64,000 nt of DNA from Bacteroidota bacterium (GCA_009908855.1 JAAAOM010000012.1:682-64681), one strand, 5' to 3'; positions 40,342-49,697 are shown, numbered from the stretch's first letter. Made by a program: numbers and translations. The notes: generated by a model not told the origin, from the sequence alone.

Positions 40342-41877
40342 TTAATACAAATCCCACCTTCCATGCCGGTAATACTGATACAGTACCGGATTGGCAATGG
40401 TATTGACTTCCACACTATCGTCATTAAAAATTGGTTTTCCAAAAGAAGTGATTAATTCCAGGGCCTCCTCATTTAACCATTTAGTAGGAATGGAGTCAAG
40501 GTTGGCTTTGCGCACATGCTTTTTAAGCTCAGTCTGATTCCAAACCTGGCTGCCCAGTATCCATCCCCACTGGCCCAGGGTTAACACCTGATTATGCATG
40601 GGTAATGAATGAAAACCGGATGCCTGCATGGTTTGCTCAATGCAGTTAAAAGCCCTGGGCGCATAGTAAGGGCTCCCGGCCTGGGTTATAAAAACCCCAT
40701 ATGGTCTTAAATGCTGTTGCACCAGTTCATAAAACTGGAGTGTATACAGTTTATTAATCTCCATTTTGTTCGGGTCCGGGAGGTCAACGATAATAATATC
40801 ATAAAACTGATTGGTTTGTTCCAGAAACTGAAAACCATCCTGATTAAATATCTCTACTTTGGGATGATTCATGGAACCTTCATTAAACGCAAGAAATATT
40901 TCATTTTCCCGGGCCAGCTTGGTGATAGCAGGATCAAGGTCCACAACGGCAATATTTTCAAGTGTCGGGTATTTAAGTAATTCCCGGGCAACACAACCGT
41001 CTCCTCCGCCAATAACCAGTGCATCTGTAGGATGTTGTAATAAACTCATCGCCGGATGTACCAGGGGTTCGTGATACATAAATTCATCAATGGTACTTAA
41101 TTGATGATTGCCATCCAAAAACAACCAGTAATCTTCTTTCCATTGGGTAAGTACAATTTTTTGGTAACGTGATTGTTTTTGCAGAATAATCTTATCCTTA
41201 TATTTTAACTGGTCACTATGCAACTCAATCGGTTTGGCAAAGATTAAGCCGGCTGCAATAAGAACGGCAGAAAATATAAATCCGCTTACGATCCATTTAC
41301 GAACAGGGGGATGAATAAATTCCCTGAGCATAATAATCAGCCATATCGCTACCAGAAAATTGAGTATTCCCAGCACAAAAGGTGTATAGGTTATTCCCAG
41401 CAATGGTAATCCGAAAAAAGCAAAAAATATACCGCCCAGCAAACTACCCAGATAATCCTTCTCGAGTACCGAGGCAATATTGTAACGCAGGCTTTCATAT
41501 TTTTCGTTAAACCGGGTTACCAGTGGGATTTCCATACCTATAAGCAAACCGATAAGAATGCTTAAGAAATAGATGAAAAATCCGGTGAATATTGAATAAG
41601 CCGCTATTACGTATACAAACAATGCTGAGAGCGAACTGAGAATCGATAGTGCCAGCTCAACAAACACCAGGTATTCAAGTACGTATTTCTCGACTAACTG
41701 ACTGATGCGACTACCCACTCCCATTGCAAAAAGCATAATCGAAAGAATTAAACTCCATTGCAATACAGGATCACCCAGGAAATAAGTGGCCAGGGTAGAT
41801 AAAATAAATTCTGCCACTATCCCTGCTAATCCGGTGGCAAAAAGCGCTACTTTTAAAACATACGACTTATTGCGCAT
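40342..41877 (-). CDS. speE: Membrane-anchored spermidine synthase (polyamine aminopropyltransferase)
   Basis: About 7 N-terminal TM helices; SRYQKI, YHEPLVHP, LVIGGGDG, DIIIVDLPDP. Confidence 0.9.
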   Translation of the reverse strand: MRNKSYVLKVALFATGLAGIVAEFILSTLATYFLGDPVLQWSLILSIMLFAMGVGSRISQLVEKYVLEYLVFVELALSILSSLSALFVYVIAAYSIFTGFFIYFLSILIGLLIGMEIPLVTRFNEKYESLRYNIASVLEKDYLGSLLGGIFFAFFGLPLLGITYTPFVLGILNFLVAIWLIIMLREFIHPPVRKWIVSGFIFSAVLIAAGLIFAKPIELHSDQLKYKDKIILQKQSRYQKIVLTQWKEDYWLFLDGNHQLSTIDEFMYHEPLVHPAMSLLQHPTDALVIGGGDGCVARELLKYPTLENIAVVDLDPAITKLARENEIFLAFNEGSMNHPKVEIFNQDGFQFLEQTNQFYDIIIVDLPDPNKMEINKLYTLQFYELVQQHLRPYGVFITQAGSPYYAPRAFNCIEQTMQASGFHSLPMHNQVLTLGQWGWILGSQVWNQTELKKHVRKANLDSIPTKWLNEEALELITSFGKPIFNDDSVEVNTIANPVLYQYYRHGRWDLY

Positions 41878-41880
41878 ACT

Positions 41881-42756
41881 TTAGAGTACCCAGGTAATTA
41901 GCATGGCACCACCCACATAAGCAAATGCTTCAATAAGTGCTACCCCTTTGTTAGGTTTTTCCTGATTAATTAACTCATCGGTAAGATTTCTTTTTGGCAA
42001 TAAAATTTTATCCGTTAACACACGTGCAACGGGGAGGAATATAAATCCAATAACAGTATCCACCAGTAATGCAATTGAAAAGTCCAGCCAACCGTTTAAT
42101 AAATCGTGAATGGCAAACTGAATGATAATACCAAGCGCTACCAATGCACCGGCAAATCCAATACCCACCGCCACATTGTCCTTCTCAATATGCTCGTGCA
42201 CACTGTACGGAAGAAAAACGTTGTAAATGAGCGCACCAATGATCAGTACAACCTGTGCAATGGCCCAACAACCTACTGAATCTAATAAAGATGCACCTTC
42301 CACATTAAAGGCGCCTAAAAGGACAAGCCCGGTAGCGATGGAGGTGGCTGCAACCACCACACCGGTTCCGGCATTTTTATCCTCCAGAATTTCTTTGCTA
42401 ACTTTGAATTTTCTTAAAATAAGGGCATCATTAATATAAACGGATATATTCAGCAAAACAATGCCAACCAACCCGTACATACCAATCAGTTGAAGGTCCA
42501 ACAGTAATCCGAGGCTCTCACCCGACAATGCGGCCATAATAACCAGCACAATGCCAATATAATATCCCACCTGTGAGATAGCAAAGGCCATGTTGTCTTT
42601 TTCAACCAGTTCAGAATCCGTTTTGTATGCCGGATGAAAGATGTTATGCGCAAATTTCCCGATCAGAAGCAGTATAAAGGCAGAAACAAAGTACGCCAGG
42701 GTACTTAAAATGTATTCTGGTGTAAAGTAACTAAGGCTAATAGCGTTTGTAAGCAT
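41881..42756 (-). CDS. DUF350 (YjfL-like) membrane protein, tandem-duplicated domain
   Basis: Repeated ELVEKDNMAFA / EILEDKNAGTG / EHIEKDNVAVG / ELINQEKPNKGVA motifs between TM helices. Confidence 0.85.
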   Translation of the reverse strand: MLTNAISLSYFTPEYILSTLAYFVSAFILLLIGKFAHNIFHPAYKTDSELVEKDNMAFAISQVGYYIGIVLVIMAALSGESLGLLLDLQLIGMYGLVGIVLLNISVYINDALILRKFKVSKEILEDKNAGTGVVVAATSIATGLVLLGAFNVEGASLLDSVGCWAIAQVVLIIGALIYNVFLPYSVHEHIEKDNVAVGIGFAGALVALGIIIQFAIHDLLNGWLDFSIALLVDTVIGFIFLPVARVLTDKILLPKRNLTDELINQEKPNKGVALIEAFAYVGGAMLITWVL

Positions 42757-42779
42757 GGTTTATTTTATTTTTTGAGTTT

Positions 42780-43502
42780 TTATTTTCCAAAACCTCCACC
42801 ACGGGAGCGATAACTGGAGGATGATGACCGTCCGGTTCGATTGGATGAGCTGGATTGCCATCCGGTACGTTGCTGTCGGCGCTCAAAGAAGTTCGATGAA
42901 CGGGTTGACCTGGTATTTCTTGTGTATTTGCTGTTTGTACCGTAATCGTATCGCCCGTAGCGATCGCGTGTTCCGTAAAATGGCCGACGACCACGGTAAT
43001 TATTTGCATAATTATTATACATGCCGTAGCCAATGGGTCCACCCATTGCCATATTGAATATTGAACTGAACATGGCGTATTTTCCATAAAATTCCCAGAA
43101 AGACCCTCCGTCGCGCTGTACCCATTGGCCGTATTTTTCATTACCCACATAGTTTGAAAATCCTGGTGGAGAAGGATTTTTGTTTAATTTACCATCCTCG
43201 GTTTTTACAGCGATTTCCATACCCATATTATTCTGGTGATGACGAAAAAACTCAGGTGTTACATTTTCCCAATCTGTTACACGTTCCTGTGGTACGCCGT
43301 TTTCTTCGGTAATTATTTTATATTTATGAAGATAGTCTTTCGCTAAAAAGCCACGTATATCCAGATCATGCAGGATAATGGTAAAGGTTTGTTTGTCATC
43401 CATTTGCCGGATGAGTTTATCGACCGGTGATTTCTGAAATCCTGAACCACAGGATAGCACCAGCATTGCGATAAATGAAAATAATAATATTTTTTTTATC
43501 AT
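42780..43502 (-). CDS. Lipoprotein with Tyr/Gly/Arg/Ser-rich tail ending RSRGGGFGK
   Basis: Lipobox LVLSC; low-complexity tail reminiscent of YjfM/YgiB (DUF1190) tails. Confidence 0.8.
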   Translation of the reverse strand: MIKKILLFSFIAMLVLSCGSGFQKSPVDKLIRQMDDKQTFTIILHDLDIRGFLAKDYLHKYKIITEENGVPQERVTDWENVTPEFFRHHQNNMGMEIAVKTEDGKLNKNPSPPGFSNYVGNEKYGQWVQRDGGSFWEFYGKYAMFSSIFNMAMGGPIGYGMYNNYANNYRGRRPFYGTRDRYGRYDYGTNSKYTRNTRSTRSSNFFERRQQRTGWQSSSSNRTGRSSSSSYRSRGGGFGK

Positions 43503-43517
43503 AATGAATTGTTTGAT

Positions 43518-44063
43518 TTATGCAGGAACTATATTGGAGAATTCATATTCCTCGACAAAAATGCCTACCGAAGCCTCAATTTCCGATTCGCCCCAACGAG
43601 TCAGGCCAATAAGCTCTTTTTTTTCCTCATCCACGAAATCCCAGCTCACAAACTCCGACCAATAATCGTTGTCCATATCGCGGAAATATCCCTGGCTTTC
43701 TTCATCCATATAAAAGATTTTGCCCTTATAATTGATAGTTGAAGAAGGCTTGTCATGTGCAATGATATCACTTTTCAGGGATTTGTCAATACTCAAAATA
43801 TTGGCATCTTCAGTTAAACTTAGGATTAGCTCGCCATCATCCTCCACATGCAGGTATTTTTTTTCTTTGCCATTGGTAATTAAATATTCTTTCGAGAAAA
43901 AATTGTTGCCCCAATCGTATTGATAAGCTTCTTTCACTTCCCACGACTGCATGAAATAGTCAATAATGTATCCTTTTCGTAAATCCCTAAGGGAGAGATT
44001 GGTTACGTCAATTTGATCTTCCTCTTTTTTGCCCTTTATTTTGTTTACAATTTTCTTGAACAT
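43518..44063 (-). CDS. DUF4178 domain protein
   Basis: W.V...YQYDWG...EY......YLHVEDD...WGE.E.EASVG pattern; operon context. Confidence 0.75.
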   Translation of the reverse strand: MFKKIVNKIKGKKEEDQIDVTNLSLRDLRKGYIIDYFMQSWEVKEAYQYDWGNNFFSKEYLITNGKEKKYLHVEDDGELILSLTEDANILSIDKSLKSDIIAHDKPSSTINYKGKIFYMDEESQGYFRDMDNDYWSEFVSWDFVDEEKKELIGLTRWGESEIEASVGIFVEEYEFSNIVPA

Positions 44064-44067
44064 ACAC

Positions 44068-44451
44068 TTATTCCATTTCCTCGTTTGTGCCAGCCATGGC
44101 GGTTTTTATATATCCCCTGGGGACAATGGAAAACGAGTGTTTTCCGGCCCCAAGCGTGTCAATCAAATAATCATAAGCTTTTTCGAAATCCATTTTGGCA
44201 CTGCAGGTAAACAGATCCACGGCTGCATAATTGTACTCGGGCCAGGTGTGGATGGCAAAGTGACTTTCTTGTATAACCACTACTCCAGATTGACCAGTGG
44301 GTGAATACGAATGGAAATGCGTGCTTACCACCGTGGCTCCTGCTAATTTGGCCGCTTCTGTCATAATTTGCTCAAGTTTGCCTGAATTGTTCAGCACATC
44401 TGAATCACATTCATGAAATTCGGCCAACATGTGGTTTCCTAAATAATCCAT
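44068..44451 (-). CDS. speD: S-adenosylmethionine decarboxylase proenzyme (prokaryotic type 1B)
   Basis: G.H...E..C; self-cleavage site QESHFAIHTWPEY; AAVDLFTC. Confidence 0.93.
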   Translation of the reverse strand: MDYLGNHMLAEFHECDSDVLNNSGKLEQIMTEAAKLAGATVVSTHFHSYSPTGQSGVVVIQESHFAIHTWPEYNYAAVDLFTCSAKMDFEKAYDYLIDTLGAGKHSFSIVPRGYIKTAMAGTNEEME

Positions 44452-44673
44452 TTACCATCTCCAGTTAAAGAAGTGTCTAATTCGTGCGGCAATAAACAAT
44501 ACCAGCGCAACCACAATTAAAAATATGGCTACTTTAAATAAGAAGGCAAATAACAAAATAGCTATGCCAACAGCAAGCAGAATAGCCAAAAAATTTTTTA
44601 GCTGTCTGAACAAAGGCCGATCCGCTTGATACGAATAAGAGCCTTTGCGTTTATTGTAATGCATTTGCATCAT
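44452..44673 (-). CDS. Small membrane protein (about 2 TM)
   Basis: 73 aa, long hydrophobic stretch; its stop abuts the speD ATG. Confidence 0.6.
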   Translation of the reverse strand: MMQMHYNKRKGSYSYQADRPLFRQLKNFLAILLAVGIAILLFAFLFKVAIFLIVVALVLFIAARIRHFFNWRW

Positions 44674-44740
44674 GATCGTGAAATTAAATTATTAATGAAT
44701 GTAGGAGATTTCAATACTTTTTCCTTAAGAGGTGTGTGTA

Positions 44741-44830
44741 TAGTAGCAGGTGGCAGTGGCAGTTAGCTGTGGCAGTTAGCTGTGGATTTTATATATTGAT
44801 ACTGCTTACTGCCACTTCCACCTACCACTG
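44741..44830. repeat. Intergenic long stem-loop with an internal 13-nt tandem duplication
   Basis: GTAGCAGGTGGCAGTGGCAGTTAGC (44743-44767) pairs with GCTTACTGCCACTTCCACCTACCAC (44804-44828); GTGGCAGTTAGCT occurs twice in tandem. Confidence 0.8.
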
Positions 44831-44848
44831 CTATTGCCAATTTCCCAA

Positions 44849-45550
44849 CTACATCCCCATTTTCTTCTTCAGCTCCGCCAAAGAATCTGATGCGGCTGCT
44901 TTATTCGGATCGCCCAACGCTTTGTCAATCTCATCATCCACGCTTTTGCTCTCGTTGGCAATATCTCCATAGGCCTCTGCCATAGCTTCTTCTTCGGCTA
45001 CTTTGTCCTTCATTTTCTCAAGCATGGAAACTGTACCGGATGAGTCGACCTGGGCCATTTGTTTATTTAAATTCTTGGTGGCCTGACTCACTTTTTGCCG
45101 CGCTTTTAACGTTCGCAATTCGTTTTCCCATTTGCTAATATTGGAGCGCAATGTTTTGATGTTTGATTCCAGTTTTGAAATCGAATCCTGGTATTTATTC
45201 ACTTCTTCCTCCAGTCTTTTTACATTGGCGTTGCATTCTTCTTTCTTGGTTAATGCTTCAGATGCCAGGCGGTCTGCTTCATTTTGATCCATGTCGCCTG
45301 ATTTGGCTTTTTGCAACAACATCATAGCCTTTTTTTCATAATCAGCCGCAGCCTCCTTTTCCTGGTTCATTTCGTTACGACTGCGTATGGCCATAGCCTT
45401 CACCTCAGCCAATGATTTCAACGCTTTTTCCAAATCACCTTTCAGGTCACGAATACCTTGCTCGGTAAGCTTTATCGGATTTTCCAGTTGATCCATGGCG
45501 GAATGCAGCTCCGACTGTCCCATTTTAAATAATCGCTTAAACACACTCAT
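44849..45550 (-). CDS. PspA/IM30 (ESCRT-III-like) family protein
   Basis: MSVFKRL amphipathic start, LENPIKLTEQGIRDL, long coiled coil, LAELKKKMG end. Confidence 0.92.
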   Translation of the reverse strand: MSVFKRLFKMGQSELHSAMDQLENPIKLTEQGIRDLKGDLEKALKSLAEVKAMAIRSRNEMNQEKEAAADYEKKAMMLLQKAKSGDMDQNEADRLASEALTKKEECNANVKRLEEEVNKYQDSISKLESNIKTLRSNISKWENELRTLKARQKVSQATKNLNKQMAQVDSSGTVSMLEKMKDKVAEEEAMAEAYGDIANESKSVDDEIDKALGDPNKAAASDSLAELKKKMGM

Positions 45551-45572
45551 TGTATTATCTTTTTAAATCATT

Positions 45573-45968
45573 TTAACTCTTAGAAAACTTAATTAAATCA
45601 TCGGAATATTCACTGAGCAGAAGTGCCAGTGAGTTAATAGAGCCTTCGATCTCATTCAGGTCCAGATTTTCCAATTGCAACGTATCCCGGAAAATCACTT
45701 TCGTGCCCGTTTCATCCAGCACAAATGCCCCGTGTATAATATCGCGGTTTTTTTGCAACAGACTTTTATAGATCTCAGACGACTCTTTTTTAATTTCCAT
45801 GATATATTGTTCCATGATTAAGATAGGTGGTGCACAACCCAATACCAGGTTATGAATACCTTCAGAATCATCTGATATTACCAGTACACTGTCTTCTGTA
45901 TCTTCATGAACAACATTGTATCCTAATTCAAGGATGAACTCTTTTACTTTTTCGAAATTTTCCTCCAT
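45573..45968 (-). CDS. YbjN/CesT-like chaperone domain protein
   Basis: LLQKNRDIIHGAFVLD...VIFRDTLQLENLD.NE; upstream of the pspA-like gene. Confidence 0.75.
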   Translation of the reverse strand: MEENFEKVKEFILELGYNVVHEDTEDSVLVISDDSEGIHNLVLGCAPPILIMEQYIMEIKKESSEIYKSLLQKNRDIIHGAFVLDETGTKVIFRDTLQLENLDLNEIEGSINSLALLLSEYSDDLIKFSKS

Positions 45969-46091
45969 CGTTTGCAAGGGGTTTAAATTAAACGTTTAAC
46001 ATATTTTTTCCTGGTTTAACAGGTTCTCATCAACTTGCTCACACGGTGAACTCTATTCCTGAAAAGAATGCAATGTTCACATGGTGAGCAT

Positions 46092-46099
46092 CAAATGTA
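46092..46099 (-). promoter_or_regulatory. Candidate -7 promoter box for the PspA/polyamine operon
   Basis: TACATTTG on the minus strand matches TAnnTTTG. Confidence 0.5.
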
Positions 46100-46240
46100 C
46101 AAAATTTCATTGCTCAGAACCTTATGTTAACAATTATTAAGATGGCAGGTGTTATTGTTATTTATTTTATATTGCTAAATTTGTTAGACAAACATAAAAC
46201 AATTATTGGAAATCGGCTAATTATTTTAGTATTTTTTAAC

Positions 46241-46948
46241 ATGGTACAGAAAAACATTAAGAAAATAAGGTCTTTTAAAGGTCTTAGCCAAAGTGCTTTT
46301 GCAGAACTCTTTGGTTTAACCAGGGCAAGTGTGGGTGCATATGAGGAAGGAAGAGCGAAACCAAAAACTGAAATCGCGGTTCAAATAGCTAATTATTTTA
46401 GCATCCCATTGGAACTGCTTTTAACTAAAGAATTAACTATTAATGACATTGCCAATTATGATATGCTACCACAATCGGCTTCAATAGAAGAAACAGCAGT
46501 AAATTCGTCAACTATCCGATTTGTAGAAGCTGAAATGCTTCCGGAATATTTAAAGCAATTGGATCAATCAGCTTTCACGCAAAGTATACCGGTTTTTTCT
46601 CTTCCATTTATCATGTCCGGAACAAATATATGTTTTGAACTTGATGATGCTTATTTTCAAAACAAGCTGAATCAGTTCAAACCAGGTGATAAACTTTTCT
46701 GCAAAGCCGTAAAGAATTTCAAAAAGCTCAATTCAACCCAATATTATTTGGTGGTCCTGGATACTATGTTCTACCTGTCGAATTTGGCTTATGACAGGGA
46801 TCGTAAAATGGTTTTTAATCCTCATAATACTGTTGAAAAGATCTTTGAAAACGAGATTAGGGAATGCTGGCAAGTTACTGGTGTTTTACAAATGCTAATA
46901 TCTCAGGCGAATGGAAAGGATAGGCTGGACAAATATCTAAAACTATAA
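46241..46948 (+). CDS. XRE-family HTH transcriptional regulator (possible degenerate S24-like C-terminus)
   Basis: NIKKIRSFKGLSQSAFAELFGLTRASVGAYEEGRAKP; ATG 46241 preferred as start. Confidence 0.88.
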   Translation: MVQKNIKKIRSFKGLSQSAFAELFGLTRASVGAYEEGRAKPKTEIAVQIANYFSIPLELLLTKELTINDIANYDMLPQSASIEETAVNSSTIRFVEAEMLPEYLKQLDQSAFTQSIPVFSLPFIMSGTNICFELDDAYFQNKLNQFKPGDKLFCKAVKNFKKLNSTQYYLVVLDTMFYLSNLAYDRDRKMVFNPHNTVEKIFENEIRECWQVTGVLQMLISQANGKDRLDKYLKL

Positions 46949-46980
46949 TAACCGATCAGATATATGTACTCAGGAAACCA

Positions 46981-47757
46981 CTATGTTTTAATGCTTTTAA
47001 CAAATCGCTGTATTTTCTCCTTCAATGACTTCTCTCCCTCGTCCAATGCATGAATAAAAGCACTCCCAATAATCGCCCCATGCGCATATTTACAGGCCCT
47101 GCTAAAAGTCTCATGATTGGAGATACCGAATCCGATCAAAGTCGGATTGGACAATTTCATCGCATTGATACGCTCGAAATATCGTATTTGATTCTCCTGA
47201 ATATCTTTCCGCGCACCCGTGGTAGAAGCGGATGAAACCAAATAAATAAAACCGGAAGTTTCTTGGTCGATCAACCGAACTCGCTCTTCACTGGTTAGGG
47301 GTGTTACCAAAAAAATATTGTGCAATCCGTACTGCTGAAAAATGTCTTTATATTCTTCCAGGTACAGATCAACCGGAAGATCGGGAAGAATTAAGCCGTC
47401 AATACCCACATCCTTGCAATGCTGGCAAAATTTTTCGAGACCGAATTGTAAAACCGGATTCAAATAACCCATGGCAATTAGCGGTATATCAATTTCATTG
47501 CGAATATCTTTCAGTTGCTCGAACAGCTTTTTAAGGGTCATGCCATTATTCAACGCTTGCAGGCTGCTTTTCTGGATCACAGGCCCATCTGCTATGGGAT
47601 CGGAAAATGGCATGCCAATTTCAATGATATCTACACCATTCTTCACCAATTCCAAAAGAACTTCACGAGTGGAATCAATTGCTGGGTAACCAGCTGTAAA
47701 ATAAACGGATAAAATATCCTGCTCTTTTTCAGCAAAGAGTTTATTAATTCTATTCAT
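46981..47757 (-). CDS. trpA: Tryptophan synthase alpha chain
   Basis: YFTAGYP, EIGMPFSDPIADGPVIQ, GFGIS, GAIIGSA. Confidence 0.97.
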   Translation of the reverse strand: MNRINKLFAEKEQDILSVYFTAGYPAIDSTREVLLELVKNGVDIIEIGMPFSDPIADGPVIQKSSLQALNNGMTLKKLFEQLKDIRNEIDIPLIAMGYLNPVLQFGLEKFCQHCKDVGIDGLILPDLPVDLYLEEYKDIFQQYGLHNIFLVTPLTSEERVRLIDQETSGFIYLVSSASTTGARKDIQENQIRYFERINAMKLSNPTLIGFGISNHETFSRACKYAHGAIIGSAFIHALDEGEKSLKEKIQRFVKSIKT

Positions 47758-48955
47758 TATCAACGTAGTTTTCTAAATTGTCGATATAAGCCTGCAAGTC
47801 TTTGTCACCACGACCGGATAGATTTACTACCACTACATCATCCTGTTTGAATGAAATTTTATCCAGGCCAGCCAATGCATGTGCTGTTTCCAGCGCCGGA
47901 ATAATACCCTCAAACTTGGTAAGCTGATAAGCGGCTTTCAGGGCTTCATGGTCCGTGGCATAAATATATTTACCTCGTTTCGATTGATGCAGATGGGCAT
48001 GCAATGGTCCGATACCCGGATAATCCAGTCCGGCCGAAATAGAATAAGGTTCAATCACCTGTCCGTCATCAGTTTGCATAAGCATGGAGCGACTCGCATG
48101 CAATACACCTGGTTTTCCGGCAACCAGTGTTGCAGCGGTTTCAGGTGTGTTCACGCCTTTTCCTGCTGCTTCTACAGCAATAAGCTGAACATCCGGATTT
48201 TCCAGGTAATGGTAAAATGCTCCGGCAGCGTTACTTCCACCACCAACACAGGCAATAATGGCGGTGGGATTTTCATGACCCGTGGCTTCTTTCAGTTGAG
48301 TTTTCATCTCAGCACTTATAACGGATTGAAATTGTGTGACCATATCGGGATAAGGATGCGGGCCAACCACTGAACCAATAATGTAATGTGTATCCTCGGG
48401 ATTATTGATCCAATCGCGCATGGCTTCGTTAGTGGCATCCTTCAGTGTTTTATTACCGCTGTGCACGGGTACTACCTCAGCACCCAACATACGCATACGG
48501 GCTACATTGGGTGATTGTCGTTGTACATCGAGGTCACCCATGTATACCACACATTGAATATTCATAAGCGCACAAACAGTTGCCGTTGCAACCCCATGTT
48601 GACCGGCTCCTGTTTCGGCTATAATGCGTTTTTTACCGATACGTTGTGCAAGCAGAATCTGACCGATGGTATTGTTTATTTTGTGCGCACCCGTATGGCA
48701 AAGGTCTTCACGCTTCAGGTATAGTTTAACATGGTAATGTTCAGACAAACGCGTGGCAAAATAAAGCGGTGTTGGTCTTCCTACATAGTCTTTCAACAAT
48801 GATTTAAATTCCCGCTGAAACCCTTCATCATTAATAATATCCAGGTATTTAGTTTCCAGTTCTTTGATGTTCGGATACATCATTTCAGGGATAAATGCCC
48901 CGCCAAACTCGCCGTAGTATCCTTTTTTATTCACATTATAATTTGTTGCTGCCAT
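47750..48955 (-). CDS. trpB: Tryptophan synthase beta chain
   Basis: KREDLCHTGAHKINN, AETGAGQHG, NLSGRGDKD. Confidence 0.98.
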   Translation of the reverse strand: MAATNYNVNKKGYYGEFGGAFIPEMMYPNIKELETKYLDIINDEGFQREFKSLLKDYVGRPTPLYFATRLSEHYHVKLYLKREDLCHTGAHKINNTIGQILLAQRIGKKRIIAETGAGQHGVATATVCALMNIQCVVYMGDLDVQRQSPNVARMRMLGAEVVPVHSGNKTLKDATNEAMRDWINNPEDTHYIIGSVVGPHPYPDMVTQFQSVISAEMKTQLKEATGHENPTAIIACVGGGSNAAGAFYHYLENPDVQLIAVEAAGKGVNTPETAATLVAGKPGVLHASRSMLMQTDDGQVIEPYSISAGLDYPGIGPLHAHLHQSKRGKYIYATDHEALKAAYQLTKFEGIIPALETAHALAGLDKISFKQDDVVVVNLSGRGDKDLQAYIDNLENYVDNE

Positions 48956-49058
48956 GTTGTTTTATGTTTTGTTTCCCTACAAAGACCGCCATTCTGTGAA
49001 TGTGGTCTGATATCCCATCTTCGCTTTACGCAAAACTTTTTGTCTTTCTCGAATTCAA

Positions 49059-49691
49059 TTATTGCCTTATCTCCTGCACAAAGTACTTCACCGCATCCAC
49101 ATTTTTATAGCCGGGTTCGAGCTCAAACCGGCTGTTGATATCCAACACCTGCACAAAAGGCATATCCATTTCTTTGATACCGGCTGCATCATCCGGACCT
49201 ATACCCCCACTTAAGAACACTGGTTTTTCCAATGCATAGCTTTCCAGTATTTTCCAGTCGAATTTTTCGCCACTCCCGCCAAAACGAGGAGTACGTGTAT
49301 CGAATAAAAAATAATCAACCAGCGGCTGGTAGCGCATCATAACATTCACAGGCAACACATTTTGAATGGAAAAGGTTTTAATAATCTCAATCCCTTGTTC
49401 CTTCAATTGTTTACAGTAATCCTCACTTTCACCACCATGCAACTGAACCATTTGTAAACCATATTTATTTACCTTATCAAGTACAGCTTCCAATTCGGTA
49501 TTAACAAATACACCAACTTTTTTAATGTTCCCGGGAACAATACTAAAAATAGTTGTATCCGGGTTTTCACCAACATAGCGTTTGGATTTGGGGTAGAAAA
49601 TATATCCTATATAATCAGGATTTAGGGATATGAGTGCCTGAATATTCTCATATTCCTTCATTCCGCATACTTTTATTTTATAATCTGACAT
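49059..49691 (-). CDS. trpF: Phosphoribosylanthranilate isomerase
   Basis: KVCGM, VQLHG, GGSGEKFDW, FLSGGI. Confidence 0.95.
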   Translation of the reverse strand: MSDYKIKVCGMKEYENIQALISLNPDYIGYIFYPKSKRYVGENPDTTIFSIVPGNIKKVGVFVNTELEAVLDKVNKYGLQMVQLHGGESEDYCKQLKEQGIEIIKTFSIQNVLPVNVMMRYQPLVDYFLFDTRTPRFGGSGEKFDWKILESYALEKPVFLSGGIGPDDAAGIKEMDMPFVQVLDINSRFELEPGYKNVDAVKYFVQEIRQ

Positions 49692-49697
49692 ATTAAT

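Noticed and set aside
42737-43150. 137-aa alternate-frame ORF within the lipoprotein gene
   Set aside because: Shadow frame of a GC-richer low-complexity tail; the lipobox-bearing frame is the credible one
44741-44830. Possible CRISPR array or the 78-aa ORF 44736-44972
   Set aside because: Only two adjacent 13-nt units with no spacers or cas genes; the ORF overlaps pspA antisense
46124-46240. Hydrophobic N-terminal extension on the XRE regulator suggesting a membrane anchor
   Set aside because: AT-rich promoter DNA read in frame; the HTH starts right after ATG 46241 and the candidate operators lie in this stretch
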